Shown here piece by piece: positions 37,980-49,584 of a stretch of 64,000 nucleotides of DNA. How positions within the stretch are numbered: the stretch's first letter is position 1; the number at the start of each line of letters is the position of its first letter. The position numbers and the translations under genes were made by a program. The notes under the pieces are model-generated. The model made no database searches. It was not told the origin of the DNA and saw only the letters and a list, made by a program, of their open reading frames with translations. The stretch is taken from contig BAAIJX010000005.1 in NCBI GenBank assembly GCA_054600435.1, positions 248,001 to 312,000 on the forward strand, given 5' to 3'. The stretch comes from Neophaeotheca triangularis. Taxonomy: Eukaryota.

Positions 37980-38771
37980 TCACGAAATCTCCCTCAAACA
38001 CCCCTCCTCCTCATCGAACTCCCCCTCGTACAAATCCATCTTCAACCTCAACATCCCCTCCTGGTCCTGCCCCTGCTCCCTAAACCACCCCTCCATAGCA
38101 TAAACATCATCCGTCACCCGCTCCACCAACTCCCTCAACTCGCTCGTCTCGCGCCCCACTCTCTCAAGCTCAGTCGGATCATTCTCCTTATAAGCCACCA
38201 ACTGCTTCTCCAACCCAATCATAGCACCGGCCAACTCGGCCTGCGCCGCCAGCAAGTCCTCACGGCTCTCGCCCGTGCCAGCGCCGAGCTCGTCGCTTTC
38301 GGCTTGCTCGGCGGCTCGCGAGCCCGCGAGCTTGGCTTTCAAGTCCGCGACGACGGCCGCTTGGGCGGCGTGAGCGGTGCGAGCGGTCTCGAGCGTCGTT
38401 TGCGCCGTTTTGGCCGCTTCCGAGGGGAACGACCAATACCAGTTTCCCGAGCCGATTTTCTCCACGCGGACTTTGTTGTCGTCCGAGAGGTGCTGGAGGT
38501 AGTCTGGATGGGCGGGGTTGGTTAGGAGGAGCGAGCTCTCGGGTAGGATGTGGATGGGAGAAAGAGGGGGCGGCACCTTTGACTTGCATGCCGCTGATGG
38601 AGGCGACTTGCGGGAGCACCTTTTCTAGGTCTTTGAAGCTGTGCGCGGTGCGTGATGCTTGGATGTAGGTGAGGGCTTTGCCGGCGCGTTCGGTATTGAT
38701 GTTGGCTTTGGGCTGGGTGGCGGTTAGGGCGTGCAGGGGTGATGAGGGAGTCTGGAAGGGGAAATCACCAT
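37980..38771 (-). CDS. MND1: Meiotic recombination protein Mnd1 (2 introns)
   Basis: Spliced: M|PKANINTERAGKALTYIQASRTAHSFKDLEKVLPQVASISGMQVK|DYLQHLSDDNKVRVEKIGSGNWYWSFPS, coiled coil, YKENDP..VERVTDDVYAMEGW. Confidence 0.92.
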
Positions 38772-39444
38772 TGTGTCAGACTTGTCTGTTGGTTGGTGTG
38801 GTGGCAGTGGTGACAATGAGTATGTCGCGATGATGGACTAGAGACTGAAAGCATTGTAGCGAGGTCAGATGCCCGGAGTGTGGTCAGAAGTTAAAGGCTG
38901 TTGCCTTGTCAATTCAAGATGGGAAGGAGCGAGCCTGTATCTTTTACGGAAGGTGCAGGCTCCCATGCTGTAGTAGTCCAACCATAAACAACAGTACTAC
39001 AAACTTTACCTTCCAAATTTCTCGGACCCAGCTGAACGAGTACATGTGAATCGATCGAGTAAATGAGTTTGTGTACATTGAGCCCGTCCGTCGAAATCGA
39101 ATTCTTTGGGTCGTCGCCTCCACCACCGTTCGTACTTAAACGCTACATCAGAAGGTGTATGTAATGTAAGGGTGGGCAAACAAAAGCAAGTAGGCAAAAT
39201 GCCACAAGCACAGAAAAGGGGTATGATGCTGTTTGCCTCAGCCTCCCCAACGCCGAAAAACCCAAAACTTCACCGTCCCTCATTCAAAGAGATGCCCTCC
39301 AGCTCGTGTGTAACGCCGAATTACCCACGGGGTATATCCATGCAATCAGCAAAATCCATCTACAGTCGACGTGAAGCAATCGCGTGCTCGTCACAAATTT
39401 GGGATCTCATGTCCGTGAAAAGAACAGAACCTCCCTCTCCGTGC

Positions 39445-42400
39445 TCAAAAGCTGTTTCCACCCGTCTCTCCCTTCATCCGACTCAACGAGCTCTTTTGCC
39501 CAGGACCCCTCTGCAGCATCTGCGCCGCGCTCTCCCTCTTCTTCGATCTGGCTCCTGACTCGTGAGGGCTCATGGCGCTATTCAGACTTCCGAAATTGCC
39601 GTCACCATATTGACCCATACCGCCCGTTTGATGATATGCATAAGTGGGGCGCAGCGGTATCATTCCCACGCCAGCCCCAGCACTCGCCTCACTGGAGTAG
39701 TGTTGTTGCTGCTGCTGCTCACGCCCGGCTTGATTGAAATTCGGGAAGTTTGTCTGATTGTAAGCCGGCGTTGGTAAATCAGAGAACATCTGCTTCCGCG
39801 GCGAGCGAAGCTCGTTTGTGTTCGACATGATTGGGATCTGGAACTCTGTGGCGGAAGAAGTCGACCCTGTTTCGTCAAGTGGCGGCCCGAAGATGGTGTT
39901 CTGGTCTTCTACGAAAGAAGAAATCAGGGGTGCCGGAACGTTCAACGTTGGAGCAAATACGATGCCAACGTTGCGGACATTCATCCTGTTGACGTCGGCA
40001 TTGTTAACGATTGCAAGTAGAAACCCGGAGAGAGCATGGAGCAAGGCTCGATTGCAGCGAGGTAGTCTATGCACCAGGGCATTGAGTGCTACAACCTTCT
40101 CGCGGCCATGATGTTCGAGGCATTGCAAGAACTCAATGTGTAGATCCCTGGTCAGTATGCTTGATGGCAGCTCGCGCAAATAGAGCTTCAGCAAGCTCGC
40201 GACGGCGTGAATGTCGTAGTAAGTCTGTTCGGCAATCAGGTTCACGTCACCTTCGTTGTTGAAGCGCTCGCGCAAGCCTTTGATGACCGTGTTCGAGCCC
40301 GAAAGCCTGAAGATGCCTTCTTCGGCGATGGCGTCTTGGGCTGTCAAGTACTCGATGCAGCGATAAACTACTGCTGGTAGCTCGGTCGTTGCGTCTCCAG
40401 GATGCGCAAACTCGACGGCTTCCGCCAGGGGAATTCCAAAGACCGCACGCCCACTCGTAGCCGCAGGATCAGAGTTGATGGGAATAGGAGCGGATATCTT
40501 TGCGTTAACATCGAGATCCGACGAGGAGCGCCCACGAAAGCCGAAGATACTACGCTTCTTTTCTTTCCCGAGGCCGGGCGTCGGGGGTGGCCGCATACCC
40601 CAATCGCCAGCATTCTGGATAACGGTAGCATTTGTAGGCGCCGAGATGGTCGGGTGAGTGCCCGGATGCTCTTCGGACACAGGGAACGTGCCATCGAAAG
40701 GAGGCGAGGGATTTTCGACCTTGTAGGCATTCATCGGGGGTCCAATAACGGGCGCCTGACCAGCTACGGTTTCGCTGTAATTAACCGTGCGCACGCCGTC
40801 CTGATGTTTAGCTACGGCCGCGAACATGTCTCTGCTTGTTGGCCTCAAGTCGTTCATCGACTTCTGTAGTCTCGGTCCACGAGTGTTAGCAGTATCTGCC
40901 TTTAATCCCACAGGCTGGGCTTTGGGAGTCTCTTCATCATCGTCCTTGTAATCGACATATTGCAGTAAGGCATCAACCCAATCATCCCGTTCCGCGTCGC
41001 TCTCTGCGCACAAAACATGACGCACAAGACTAGACGAGTCTTTCCTCTTAGGTTCCAGGATCAAGAAAGCATGCCTGAACTGGTTCTCCTCGTCTTCTTG
41101 CACATTCGGCGTCTGAGACTGCTTGCCGATCTGGGCGTTTTGTAGCTTGATCGACCCAAGATGACCACCACCTGGACCTTCAAAATACTTCAGGTTCGGC
41201 CCATCGAGTACGAAAAAGCGAGCCTTCCATCCGCCAAAATTCTTGCCGCGTTTAGTGAGATAACCATCTTTGCGCGGCCTAGACCTAGCGAGCGGCGTGT
41301 CAGGCCTTCCATCGCTTGCGCCAGTAAAGTAGTCACCGCCCTCTGTTGGAATGACATCCGAGGAGAGAAATCTGCAGAAGACATTCGCCGATTTCTCATC
41401 GACTATTGCGTCGACCATACGGTCAACGAATAGGTCCAGTGCCATACGACGAGCGTCGATCTTCGCAGGCGAATGGCCAGCAAAGAGAGCCTTCTCCGGC
41501 AATCGGTCTCGGAACTTGGAAACAGCCTTGATTTGCTGATCCAGTTGCGCAAGGGCTGCGTAGGTCTTCTCAATGCGCCACAGCTGCTTTTTGTCAGACC
41601 GCTCGAACACGGCAAGGCAAAACACAGCGTTGGCGTCCGCTTGTTGTGGCGCAATATAGCTCATTCTTGAAGGTCTCATGCGAGAGGAGGCAGTCTTGAC
41701 GAAAACGGAGGGTAGTGCGTGGGGTGGCAGCAGTAGATCGGGAAATTCCTCGACCATAAGGCCTCTGTAGATCTCGCCGGGCATCTTCTGCGTGTCGCTA
41801 GAGCTGGTGGTCGATGTTGTCAACGGACGCTCTTGATCTGGGCTAGATGCTGGAGATGGTTCCACGCGGTTGCCAGTCGAGCCGGTCGGCTGCGGGTCTC
41901 GGCATGAATGACTTCCCGCGCGCGCGAGATGGGTCGAACTGACAGCAGGCGGGGCTTGCTGTGGTAGCGGTATTGTCTGTCTTGGAGCGCGAGGAGACAT
42001 GGGTAATCCGCCCGACTTTGGTGACATTGGTATAGAATTTAGAGCCTTCGTAGGTGCGCGCGGCATAGGAGAGTTGAGCGGCCTGTCTGTTGGCCGAGGG
42101 CTCATGGGTAAACCCGGACTCATGAGTGCTGGCGCGGTGACGCTCTTCGGCAAGGCTCCAGCAACGTCCGAAACTGCTCTGTGCCGCAAGGGCTGAGGTG
42201 CGGATGGCTGCCCTGTCGACTGACACGCTGCTGTTTCCGACACTTGCAGAGGCACTGGTTCCGCATTGCTTTCGACGTCCTCGAGCCCAAGGCGCTTCTC
42301 GGCAATTGCTGAACTTTTACCCTTGCTCTTGCTCTTGCTTTTACTTTTGCTCTTCTTTTTCTTCTTTGATCGGCTGCGATGCTCTTGCTCTTGCTCTTGC

Positions 42401-44019
42401 TCTTCGATAGCAATCGCCTCGCGCTCACGATCGTCCGCTTCCCGAGTTTTCCTCCTACCTCGCGCCATTTGCTCGTCACGCGCGCTCTCAGGATTGTCTT
42501 CGTACTCGGACTCGGAGTGTTCAGCAACATTTGTCGCTGGAGGTTGTGTTGTTGGGGATGCAAGTTTCAAAGGCGCTGGCGGGGCCTTCCTCGAGGTCGA
42601 CTTTGGACTTGAGAAGGACTGCGCAGTAGCCGTTGGGCTGATAGCAGACACATTGGAATCGATCGATAGTTTGGGTTCGTGCCCCCGATTGGTCTGCGAT
42701 TTGGGACTGCGTGGGTGATGTTGCGCTTGAGGCGTGAGTGGTGGCGTACTGGAGGCGACCCTGTGGAAGGTTGCAGCTGTTGCAGGCTTGCTTTCCACAG
42801 GTACCGCAGGCGCAGGTGTTACGGTATTGCTCCGGCTGGGTACGTGTGCTACGGGAGTTATGTTGGCTGGTGGTGGTGTTCCTTGCACTGTAGACGACGG
42901 AGTGTTGTTTGTATCTTGCGGAGTATCGGACCGGCGAGGCTCTATGGAAACCCAATCGGAGATTGTCGTGTCATTCGTCTTGCCACTGGATAGGCTCATG
43001 TCACGTAGGCTCGCTGGGAGAGAAACATGCTCGTTTGAATGCACAACGCTGGGAGATTGGCTCGTATCCCTCGAGACCGCATCCTCGACTTGCTGCCCTG
43101 TACCCGTCAAGACTGGAGCAGAGGAAGATTGCACCACATGTTCTTTGAGCTTCCGCCTATATCTTTCCTTCTCTTTGAGTGCCTTCTCCAAATCCTTGTT
43201 CAGACCAAGAATCATGGCTCTTTGTTTCTCGACTAGTTTCCATAGCTGTGCGTTGTGAGATGCTGCCGTGCTCTTCTCGTTGACCAGTTTGTGCAGCGCT
43301 GCCTCAGCCGAGCCTGCGGCCTCAATCATAGCGGTGACGTCTTGCGGACTGGTGGTATCCTGGTTTACACGATACGCATTCGTCCCGTTCGCCCGCAGCG
43401 AGGTGGAGGTGCTAGAAGATGCGGTCGAAACTGTCGAGTCGATGGAGCCTGTGCGCGCCATCATAGGCCGAGAGTCGCCAGCCGAAGACTTGAGAGCGTC
43501 CACCGGGGTAGGCTTCGCAGAAGAGGAAGCCATGGTTGGCGAGCTTGGGGGTGAAGAAGCTACGGTTGACAAGGTGGGCGCGGTGATGTTCCTCTGAAGG
43601 GATTGGTTGTTGGCAGCCCGGTTGCTTGCTATGGCGGCCTTCCTAGCCTCTTCCCTCACCGCATCCCTTGTGACGGCAGCTCTGATCTCATCTGACGCCG
43701 GATGTGCCGCTGCCTTTTTCGCTGGCCTAGGCTGTCTCGCACCGCCGCCAGGTGACAATGGCCCGGCTGAGACTGGGCTTGACGCGGACGAGGCCGATCG
43801 ATTGGGTAGAGATGGCGTGTTGGTAGCGGACTGGCAGTCGAAGTCGGTGACTGACCTTGACGTGGTCGACAGCTGGAGGGGGCTTGGGATTGGTCGACGG
43901 TCGAAAGAGGGAGAGAAAGATGGGTGGTGGAGTCGAGGGTCTTGGGGTGAAGGACGCGGAGCGGTAGTGGCCGAGTTGGGTGTCGAGTGGCCGGCGGCGT
44001 CGGCCATGGAACTCGACAT
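39445..44019 (-). CDS. BEM3: PX-PH-RhoGAP protein, Bem3-like
   Basis: PX (LWRIEK..L..LD, LFAGHSPAKIDARR), PH (KDGYLTKRGKNFGGWKARFFVL) and RhoGAP (VFGIPL..PAVVYRCIEYL..EEGIFRLSG..VASLLKLYLRELP..NRMNVRNVGIVFAPTL) domains. Confidence 0.92.
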   Translation of the reverse strand: MSSSMADAAGHSTPNSATTAPRPSPQDPRLHHPSFSPSFDRRPIPSPLQLSTTSRSVTDFDCQSATNTPSLPNRSASSASSPVSAGPLSPGGGARQPRPAKKAAAHPASDEIRAAVTRDAVREEARKAAIASNRAANNQSLQRNITAPTLSTVASSPPSSPTMASSSAKPTPVDALKSSAGDSRPMMARTGSIDSTVSTASSSTSTSLRANGTNAYRVNQDTTSPQDVTAMIEAAGSAEAALHKLVNEKSTAASHNAQLWKLVEKQRAMILGLNKDLEKALKEKERYRRKLKEHVVQSSSAPVLTGTGQQVEDAVSRDTSQSPSVVHSNEHVSLPASLRDMSLSSGKTNDTTISDWVSIEPRRSDTPQDTNNTPSSTVQGTPPPANITPVAHVPSRSNTVTPAPAVPVESKPATAATFHRVASSTPPLTPQAQHHPRSPKSQTNRGHEPKLSIDSNVSAISPTATAQSFSSPKSTSRKAPPAPLKLASPTTQPPATNVAEHSESEYEDNPESARDEQMARGRRKTREADDREREAIAIEEQEQEQEHRSRSKKKKKSKSKSKSKSKGKSSAIAEKRLGLEDVESNAEPVPLQVSETAACQSTGQPSAPQPLRHRAVSDVAGALPKSVTAPALMSPGLPMSPRPTDRPLNSPMPRAPTKALNSIPMSPKSGGLPMSPRAPRQTIPLPQQAPPAVSSTHLARAGSHSCRDPQPTGSTGNRVEPSPASSPDQERPLTTSTTSSSDTQKMPGEIYRGLMVEEFPDLLLPPHALPSVFVKTASSRMRPSRMSYIAPQQADANAVFCLAVFERSDKKQLWRIEKTYAALAQLDQQIKAVSKFRDRLPEKALFAGHSPAKIDARRMALDLFVDRMVDAIVDEKSANVFCRFLSSDVIPTEGGDYFTGASDGRPDTPLARSRPRKDGYLTKRGKNFGGWKARFFVLDGPNLKYFEGPGGGHLGSIKLQNAQIGKQSQTPNVQEDEENQFRHAFLILEPKRKDSSSLVRHVLCAESDAERDDWVDALLQYVDYKDDDEETPKAQPVGLKADTANTRGPRLQKSMNDLRPTSRDMFAAVAKHQDGVRTVNYSETVAGQAPVIGPPMNAYKVENPSPPFDGTFPVSEEHPGTHPTISAPTNATVIQNAGDWGMRPPPTPGLGKEKKRSIFGFRGRSSSDLDVNAKISAPIPINSDPAATSGRAVFGIPLAEAVEFAHPGDATTELPAVVYRCIEYLTAQDAIAEEGIFRLSGSNTVIKGLRERFNNEGDVNLIAEQTYYDIHAVASLLKLYLRELPSSILTRDLHIEFLQCLEHHGREKVVALNALVHRLPRCNRALLHALSGFLLAIVNNADVNRMNVRNVGIVFAPTLNVPAPLISSFVEDQNTIFGPPLDETGSTSSATEFQIPIMSNTNELRSPRKQMFSDLPTPAYNQTNFPNFNQAGREQQQQQHYSSEASAGAGVGMIPLRPTYAYHQTGGMGQYGDGNFGSLNSAMSPHESGARSKKRESAAQMLQRGPGQKSSLSRMKGETGGNSF

Positions 44020-44364
44020 GCTGCGATCAGCATCGGCCAGGGTGTGTTTGGAACGAATGACTGTCGGAAGTTGAGGTGATATCGCCAGAGGGCTAGCAGA
44101 AAGTCCAGCTGCAAGGATCAGGGCCAGCGAACGGGCCTCCAGCGGCTGCCATTCACGACTCGCCTGGCGTGTCCGGGATGGTGCAGTAGCGGGCGAATAG
44201 AGGAGCGAGCTTTGGGAGCTGTTTGGCAGTGCTCGGCGCTTAATACGCCATAGGCATGTAGGTAGCTATTGCGGGCACAGTATAGAGTGGTGGTGATTGG
44301 ACGTGCAGCGGGAGGCGAATCTTGCAGCGTAGACGCAACAGGCGGAGAAGGGATTGGATATGCA

Positions 44365-44400
44365 GGTGGTGGTGGTGGTGATGGTGGTGGTAGTGGTGGT
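44365..44400. repeat. Imperfect (GGT)n microsatellite upstream of the RhoGAP gene
   Basis: ggtggtggtggtggtgatggtggtggtagtggtggt read directly. Confidence 0.85.
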
Positions 44401-46472
44401 GTGTAGGGAAAACGGCCCACGTGAAAGTAGAAGGCGTAGTAGGGGTAAGGTAGGTGTGGAGAGTTGCAATAATAATATGATAAACAGCAGCAAACAAAAA
44501 AACGGGCTATAGCCGACGTTAAAGGCTAACGATGAGGTGGAACGAAGACGGAGAGCCTCGTGACAACCAGGCCGGCTGGCGAATCAGACCATGGATGACT
44601 ATGGAGCGACGGGAGTGATGAGAAGCGAAAAAGGCTATAATGATAAAAAGTACTAGTAGGTATCATCCAAACCGAGAGCAGACGGTTGGTGTGCCTGGCT
44701 CCCTGCTTTTCTGCATAGAAGCCAACCAAACATGGCATACAAGCTTCCTTTACCCACACAGACAGACTCTCAGAGAGTACTAGTACCTAGGTAGAGACAG
44801 TAGTAGACAGCCGGGGAGACAAGAGACAGGCAAACAGGACAACGACAGACAACCTAAACTAACGGTCCCCGGCTGTGGCGTGTGCAGCTACTGTGATTGG
44901 CCATGTCTGAGCGAGTAATAAGGTGACATGAGTCGAATAATGTCCTCTAGTCCTTTTGCCTCCTATCGTCTATCATCTGTCAGATCCAAACCCAAATGGA
45001 GCAACTACTGCACTTGTAGTATAGTAGTACGAGGTATATCATGTCCATTAGTCCCTCTCATCCGTCTCCCTTTTCATATACCTACTACACCGATCCGACA
45101 TCCGTAGGTGATGGGCGATCAACACCCGACTCGAAACAGTAAACACGCCCTCTCCCCCATGTCACTCATCACATGCGTCGACTAATACCTACCTAGGTAC
45201 CTTAGCTAGGTAAGGAGGTAGCTCGAATGCAAAGCCGGGCGAACTGTCAAAACGGGGAAGACCGTCGGGTGTTCGCGAGCACGACGACGCTGATGATGAT
45301 GATGATCATTTGAACAGAAAGAACCAGGGCAGTAGTAAGTAGTCTGAAGTTCTGAACTACGTCCGAGCAAAAACCCACCAGGGCCATCCATACTAGTGTA
45401 CTACTACTATCGTCACTAGCTTTATGCAATATGCACCCGTGGATACCTACACTAACTTACACAAGACATAGCAATCTAAATTCCAATTTCCAGATCGCCG
45501 AGAAATTGCCCCCTGCATACCTACGACAAGTACTGCTCTCCATAGCCGATATGACATCCACAGCACTAGCACTAGTAGGAGTAGTAGCATGGAGCCCTGG
45601 AGATCCTCTACTTTCGCCTAGACACTTACTGACGCGAGGGCTATTAGTATGAACCTATCAGCATTCGTGCAGCTCGCTCTAATAACCGTATGACCATGTG
45701 CTTCATGACGCTCTTCAAAGTCGTCCGTTGAATGCTTGCGCACGTTTCTGAGTAGAGAAGCTAGGTTTTCTTTCGCAATTGCTTCCCAACATCCCCCGAG
45801 TAGAATGCGAGCTGCGCAATCTCAGTGCGTAGTCGAATAATGTCGGGCTTCGCGCTACGGGGTGAACGGGCTCATCATCAGACGGTTGCAGAACCTTAAC
45901 ATGCTGCACTGACTACTGGCAGCCACACGACAGCGGACCGTAGTAGTTGATGCACGAGCAAAGTTTGCTTTCCGGCTACTGCCCACGCGGCCGGAAGTCA
46001 AAGCGAGTGTTTGACGAAGTTGTGCGGATTTTCTGGAGAAGTTCGGTGAGCGCGAACCATTGGTGCTAGTGGTGCTAGTAACCGGGGCATCGCATTTTTA
46101 TGAGATATCTTGGAGTCGTGGGCTGCCATTGCTGCATCTTCACCGCGCAAACTCCAACTTCAACGTTCAATAGTCAAAGCAACCTGACGTCGAGATGTCA
46201 GGTGAGGTGCAACGGCCAATAGTCCGCACGCCTCTGATCCAAGTCAATCTATCCAAGCAAACCTCGTAGAGCTCAACTGCTATACCTAGTTCCGTCAACG
46301 GCAGTATTGTCTCGGCGCTTTGGGAATTGATATTGAAGAACGAGGCCATCATGCTGCCATGCATCGCCGCATTGCAAGACGCTCCGTGGAAGACCGCACT
46401 CGCAGTGCAAACAACAGGTGCTTGATCGCAGAAAAGATTCGTAGACCGCTGTCCGAAGAGCTATTGGAGCTG

Positions 46473-47944
46473 TCATTGCTCGAGACCCCACTTTTCCCAT
46501 ACCCCCTTCAGTTGGTCTTTGGCATCTTTGCTCACGCACATTCCCCCATCCAGTGTTTTCAATCCCCAACTCTTCTTCTCCTCTTCACTGCCACACAGAC
46601 TGAGCGCTGCCAGTCCGAGATATGAATGGTACAAGTCCGCCTTGTCGCCGGGAAACTTCCCGAACCCTCCCATGTACTCATGCTGCGTCTCCTCTAGCAG
46701 ATACCGCTTCAAGCTATGCGTTTCCGCGAGAGGCGAATGACCAAGCATCTGCAGACTACCGAGCACCCAAAAAGCATAGCAGGTATCGGCGACCTTGTTC
46801 AAGCGACCCGAGAAGCCTGTGATTGAAGGTGCCGAGGGGTAAGAGTGTATGGCTGAGGCATCGGCAAGCAGGGAGTTGAGTGACGATGCTTCCGGGTACG
46901 GGCAGGCATCTGGGTTCGAGGGATTCCACATGGTGGATTTGTCTGGAGACTGATGTACCGGCGGCGAAGGCTCCGCTGGGCCCTTGAGTTCCGGCGCTGC
47001 AGGTTTGACTGATGCACCGCTGAACTCGCTGTCGAGTTCGGCGTCTGGCTCCAAAATGTCGGTCTGTAGCATCAGCAACCATTTCAGCAATGCCCCGGGA
47101 TCGGATGGTCCCCTGTTGATCCCGTCTAGTTCTGTTTCGGGAGTCTGCAAACGACCAAGAAAGGCCAGTAGGCCCACAGAGCAGAAAGTGTAGCCAGCGT
47201 GCGGCTCGTGGAATGGGTCATCCGCTATCCCTCCATCGTATGTCTAATTTAGACGTCAGCGAACCGATCGAATTTTGGAAAAATATCACAGCGAGCATGG
47301 GCTAGAGTACCTACTTCCGCCGCCTTGACGCAGCTCACCACGGCATCCACATTGACATCCTCAATCTCGTCCCCGTCCACCGTAATACTGCCCTCGGACT
47401 GTCCGCGCAGCATATACCGCACGCCCGCAGCGCAATACCCAAACCTCGGGTCCCTTCCACCTTCCACGGTCCCATCAATATATGTCTCCCCGAAACTTCC
47501 ATCCGTCCTCTGCACATTTCTCAGCCATTTCAGCGTACCTTTCCTATCCAGTCTCTCAAGATCATCCCCCAAGGCCAGCAACGAACAAAGCGCAAAGTAC
47601 GTCGCAGGCAGATTTGCAGGATCCCACTTCTTGTTTTCTTCCGTTCTGTGTTCACCAAAGTCCGTGCCGGGCCACATCCGAAAGCCGCCGTCTGGGTGCT
47701 GGCATGAATAGATCCACCGAGCATACTCGCTACGCTCTCCATCGGTAGTGATATCGGTGAGGGAAGACAGCAGATCCAGCGCGTTCAAGATAAAGTACGC
47801 GAGGTACATACGGTTGCTGTCGTTGGAGGTGTAGGCCTCCGGAAGGAGGGTTTTGAGGCATCGGGTCCAGTATTTGACATGTTTGCCGCGGTTCAAGGTC
47901 GCCGGAGCCTGCACGTTGGGCTGGTCGTGGTGTGCGGTCTCCAT
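46473..47944 (-). CDS. CDC43: Geranylgeranyltransferase type I beta subunit (intron ~47245-47313)
   Basis: KHVKYW.RCLKTLLP..YTSNDSNRM.LAYF, DPANLPATYFAL, DPRFGYCA, EPHAGYTFC, GFSGRLNKVADTCYAFWV, DLYHSYLGLAALS. Confidence 0.93.
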
Positions 47945-48738
47945 CGCCGTGACTCCATCCGGGGAGGGGAAGCGATGCCCTTGCAAATTCTGTCGAAATA
48001 ATATCTCCGGATGTTAATGATAGTGGGGGTTACCTAGGTAGGTAGGTACGTTTTAGTTTCGCACATCAGTAGTTTGTGGACGATGTCACGACCCCGGCCC
48101 CACTATGGAGTGTTATCGATAAGTGCGTCCCCCACCACCACCTACAGCCCAAGTGCTTTGGATAGCGATGCACCCTCGTTTTGATTAGGACAATATGGGA
48201 GGCAAAGTACTAAGGTACTGCTTGCTCAAATATCAGGTAAGCCTTCCTGCTGTGACTTGCTAACGCCAGTGATTGCGGAAATTTCGAGGTAGCAGTCCAC
48301 CGGAGACCCCGAGTCCCAAGACGATAACTCCGAGGCCTTCCTTCCCCACAGGCACCGACAACGAGGCTGTGCCAGACCAACTTCGATCGGCTTCGTCCAA
48401 TTGCTTGTGAGATCCACCCCGTGCGTAGATCCTCCAGTAGCTACGACGCGGACTGACGTTACCGGAAAACCGCAAAACAGCCAGTTACAACAATAGCACC
48501 ACCGAATCATAAGGCGCCAAACAGGATTCAGCTCAAGCTTCAAGGCTAAAGGATGAAACTTAGTATGAGCTACCAAAGCTGTGTTGAAAGCACCACCACT
48601 GTGCCACCAAAGCCACATCCACCTTCAAGCATATAAGTAGTAGGATTTCCAACGTAGCAGGCTTTTTTGCCAGCGCCAGCATTTATATTTCTTCCCCACC
48701 CACCTTCAGGTCAAGCATAACCTCGAAATACCACAACC

Positions 48739-49397
48739 ATGGCCCAACAGCAACTGCCCCCTATGAACCCACCCCTCGGGCCTCAACCAACCGACAGCGG
48801 CCTCTACTGGCCGGGCCAAGTGACCCTACACCTGCGCGAGAAAATGCTCTCCCTCAGCGGTGACACCTTCACAGTCACGACAGCCGACACGCAAACACCC
48901 GTAGTCAAATGCCAGGGCAAAGCCATGTCCCTGCACGCCCGCAAGACTTTCCTCACCCCCAACGATCAAGAGCTCTTCACGATCAAGACGGAGATGTTCT
49001 CGCTGAGTAAATCGTTTCGCGCCGAGAGCCCACTGGGCTATGATTTCAGCGTCGAGGGGCATTTCAGTCTTGGTAGCTCCAAGAGTTCGGTTCATTTCAC
49101 GAATGCGAGCGATGGGAGGACAGTTGAGTTGGATTTGAAGGGTGATTGGCTGGATAGGAGCGCGGACATTACGCTGGGAGGCCAGCCGGTCGCGAGGGTT
49201 GAGAGGCAGTTTATGAATGCTCGGGAGATGCTTGGGGGGCAGCAGACTGTGAGTGCACCTCTCTTGTCTTTTTATCCTCGACATCGTTTCCGTGCTGATT
49301 ACGTTGTCGGAAGTATTTCGTTACCGTTGCGCCGAATGTGGATCTCTCGCTGATTGCTGGTGTCTGCGTCTGTCTTGATGAGCGGGAGAACGATTAG
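48739..49397 (+). CDS. LURP-one-related / tubby C-terminal-like (DUF567) protein (intron 49249-49313)
   Basis: LREKMLSLSGDTFTV, GKAMSLHARKTF, LKGDWLDRSADI, VARVERQFMNARE. Spliced tail YFVTVAPNVDLSLIAGVCVCLDEREND*. Confidence 0.9.
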
Positions 49398-49584
49398 GGG
49401 ATGTTGGGACGAATTCGATCACAATGCTTCCCACCTTCTTACACCTGAGATGGGAAACGCAGTATGCTTTGAATCAAAAGTGTGAGATGGCCAATAAGGT
49501 GGCGACTAGGGTAAATTAACTCCAAATACGGCCAAGCGCTGAGGGATACAGTCCATGTGCCAGCTATTCCAAGATTGAATCTCT

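Noticed and set aside
46167..46364. Short protein-like ORF (also 5133-5351, 15319-15750, 20996-21334)
   Set aside because: No recognisable homology or splice structure, so I cannot support a gene or pseudogene call without a search.
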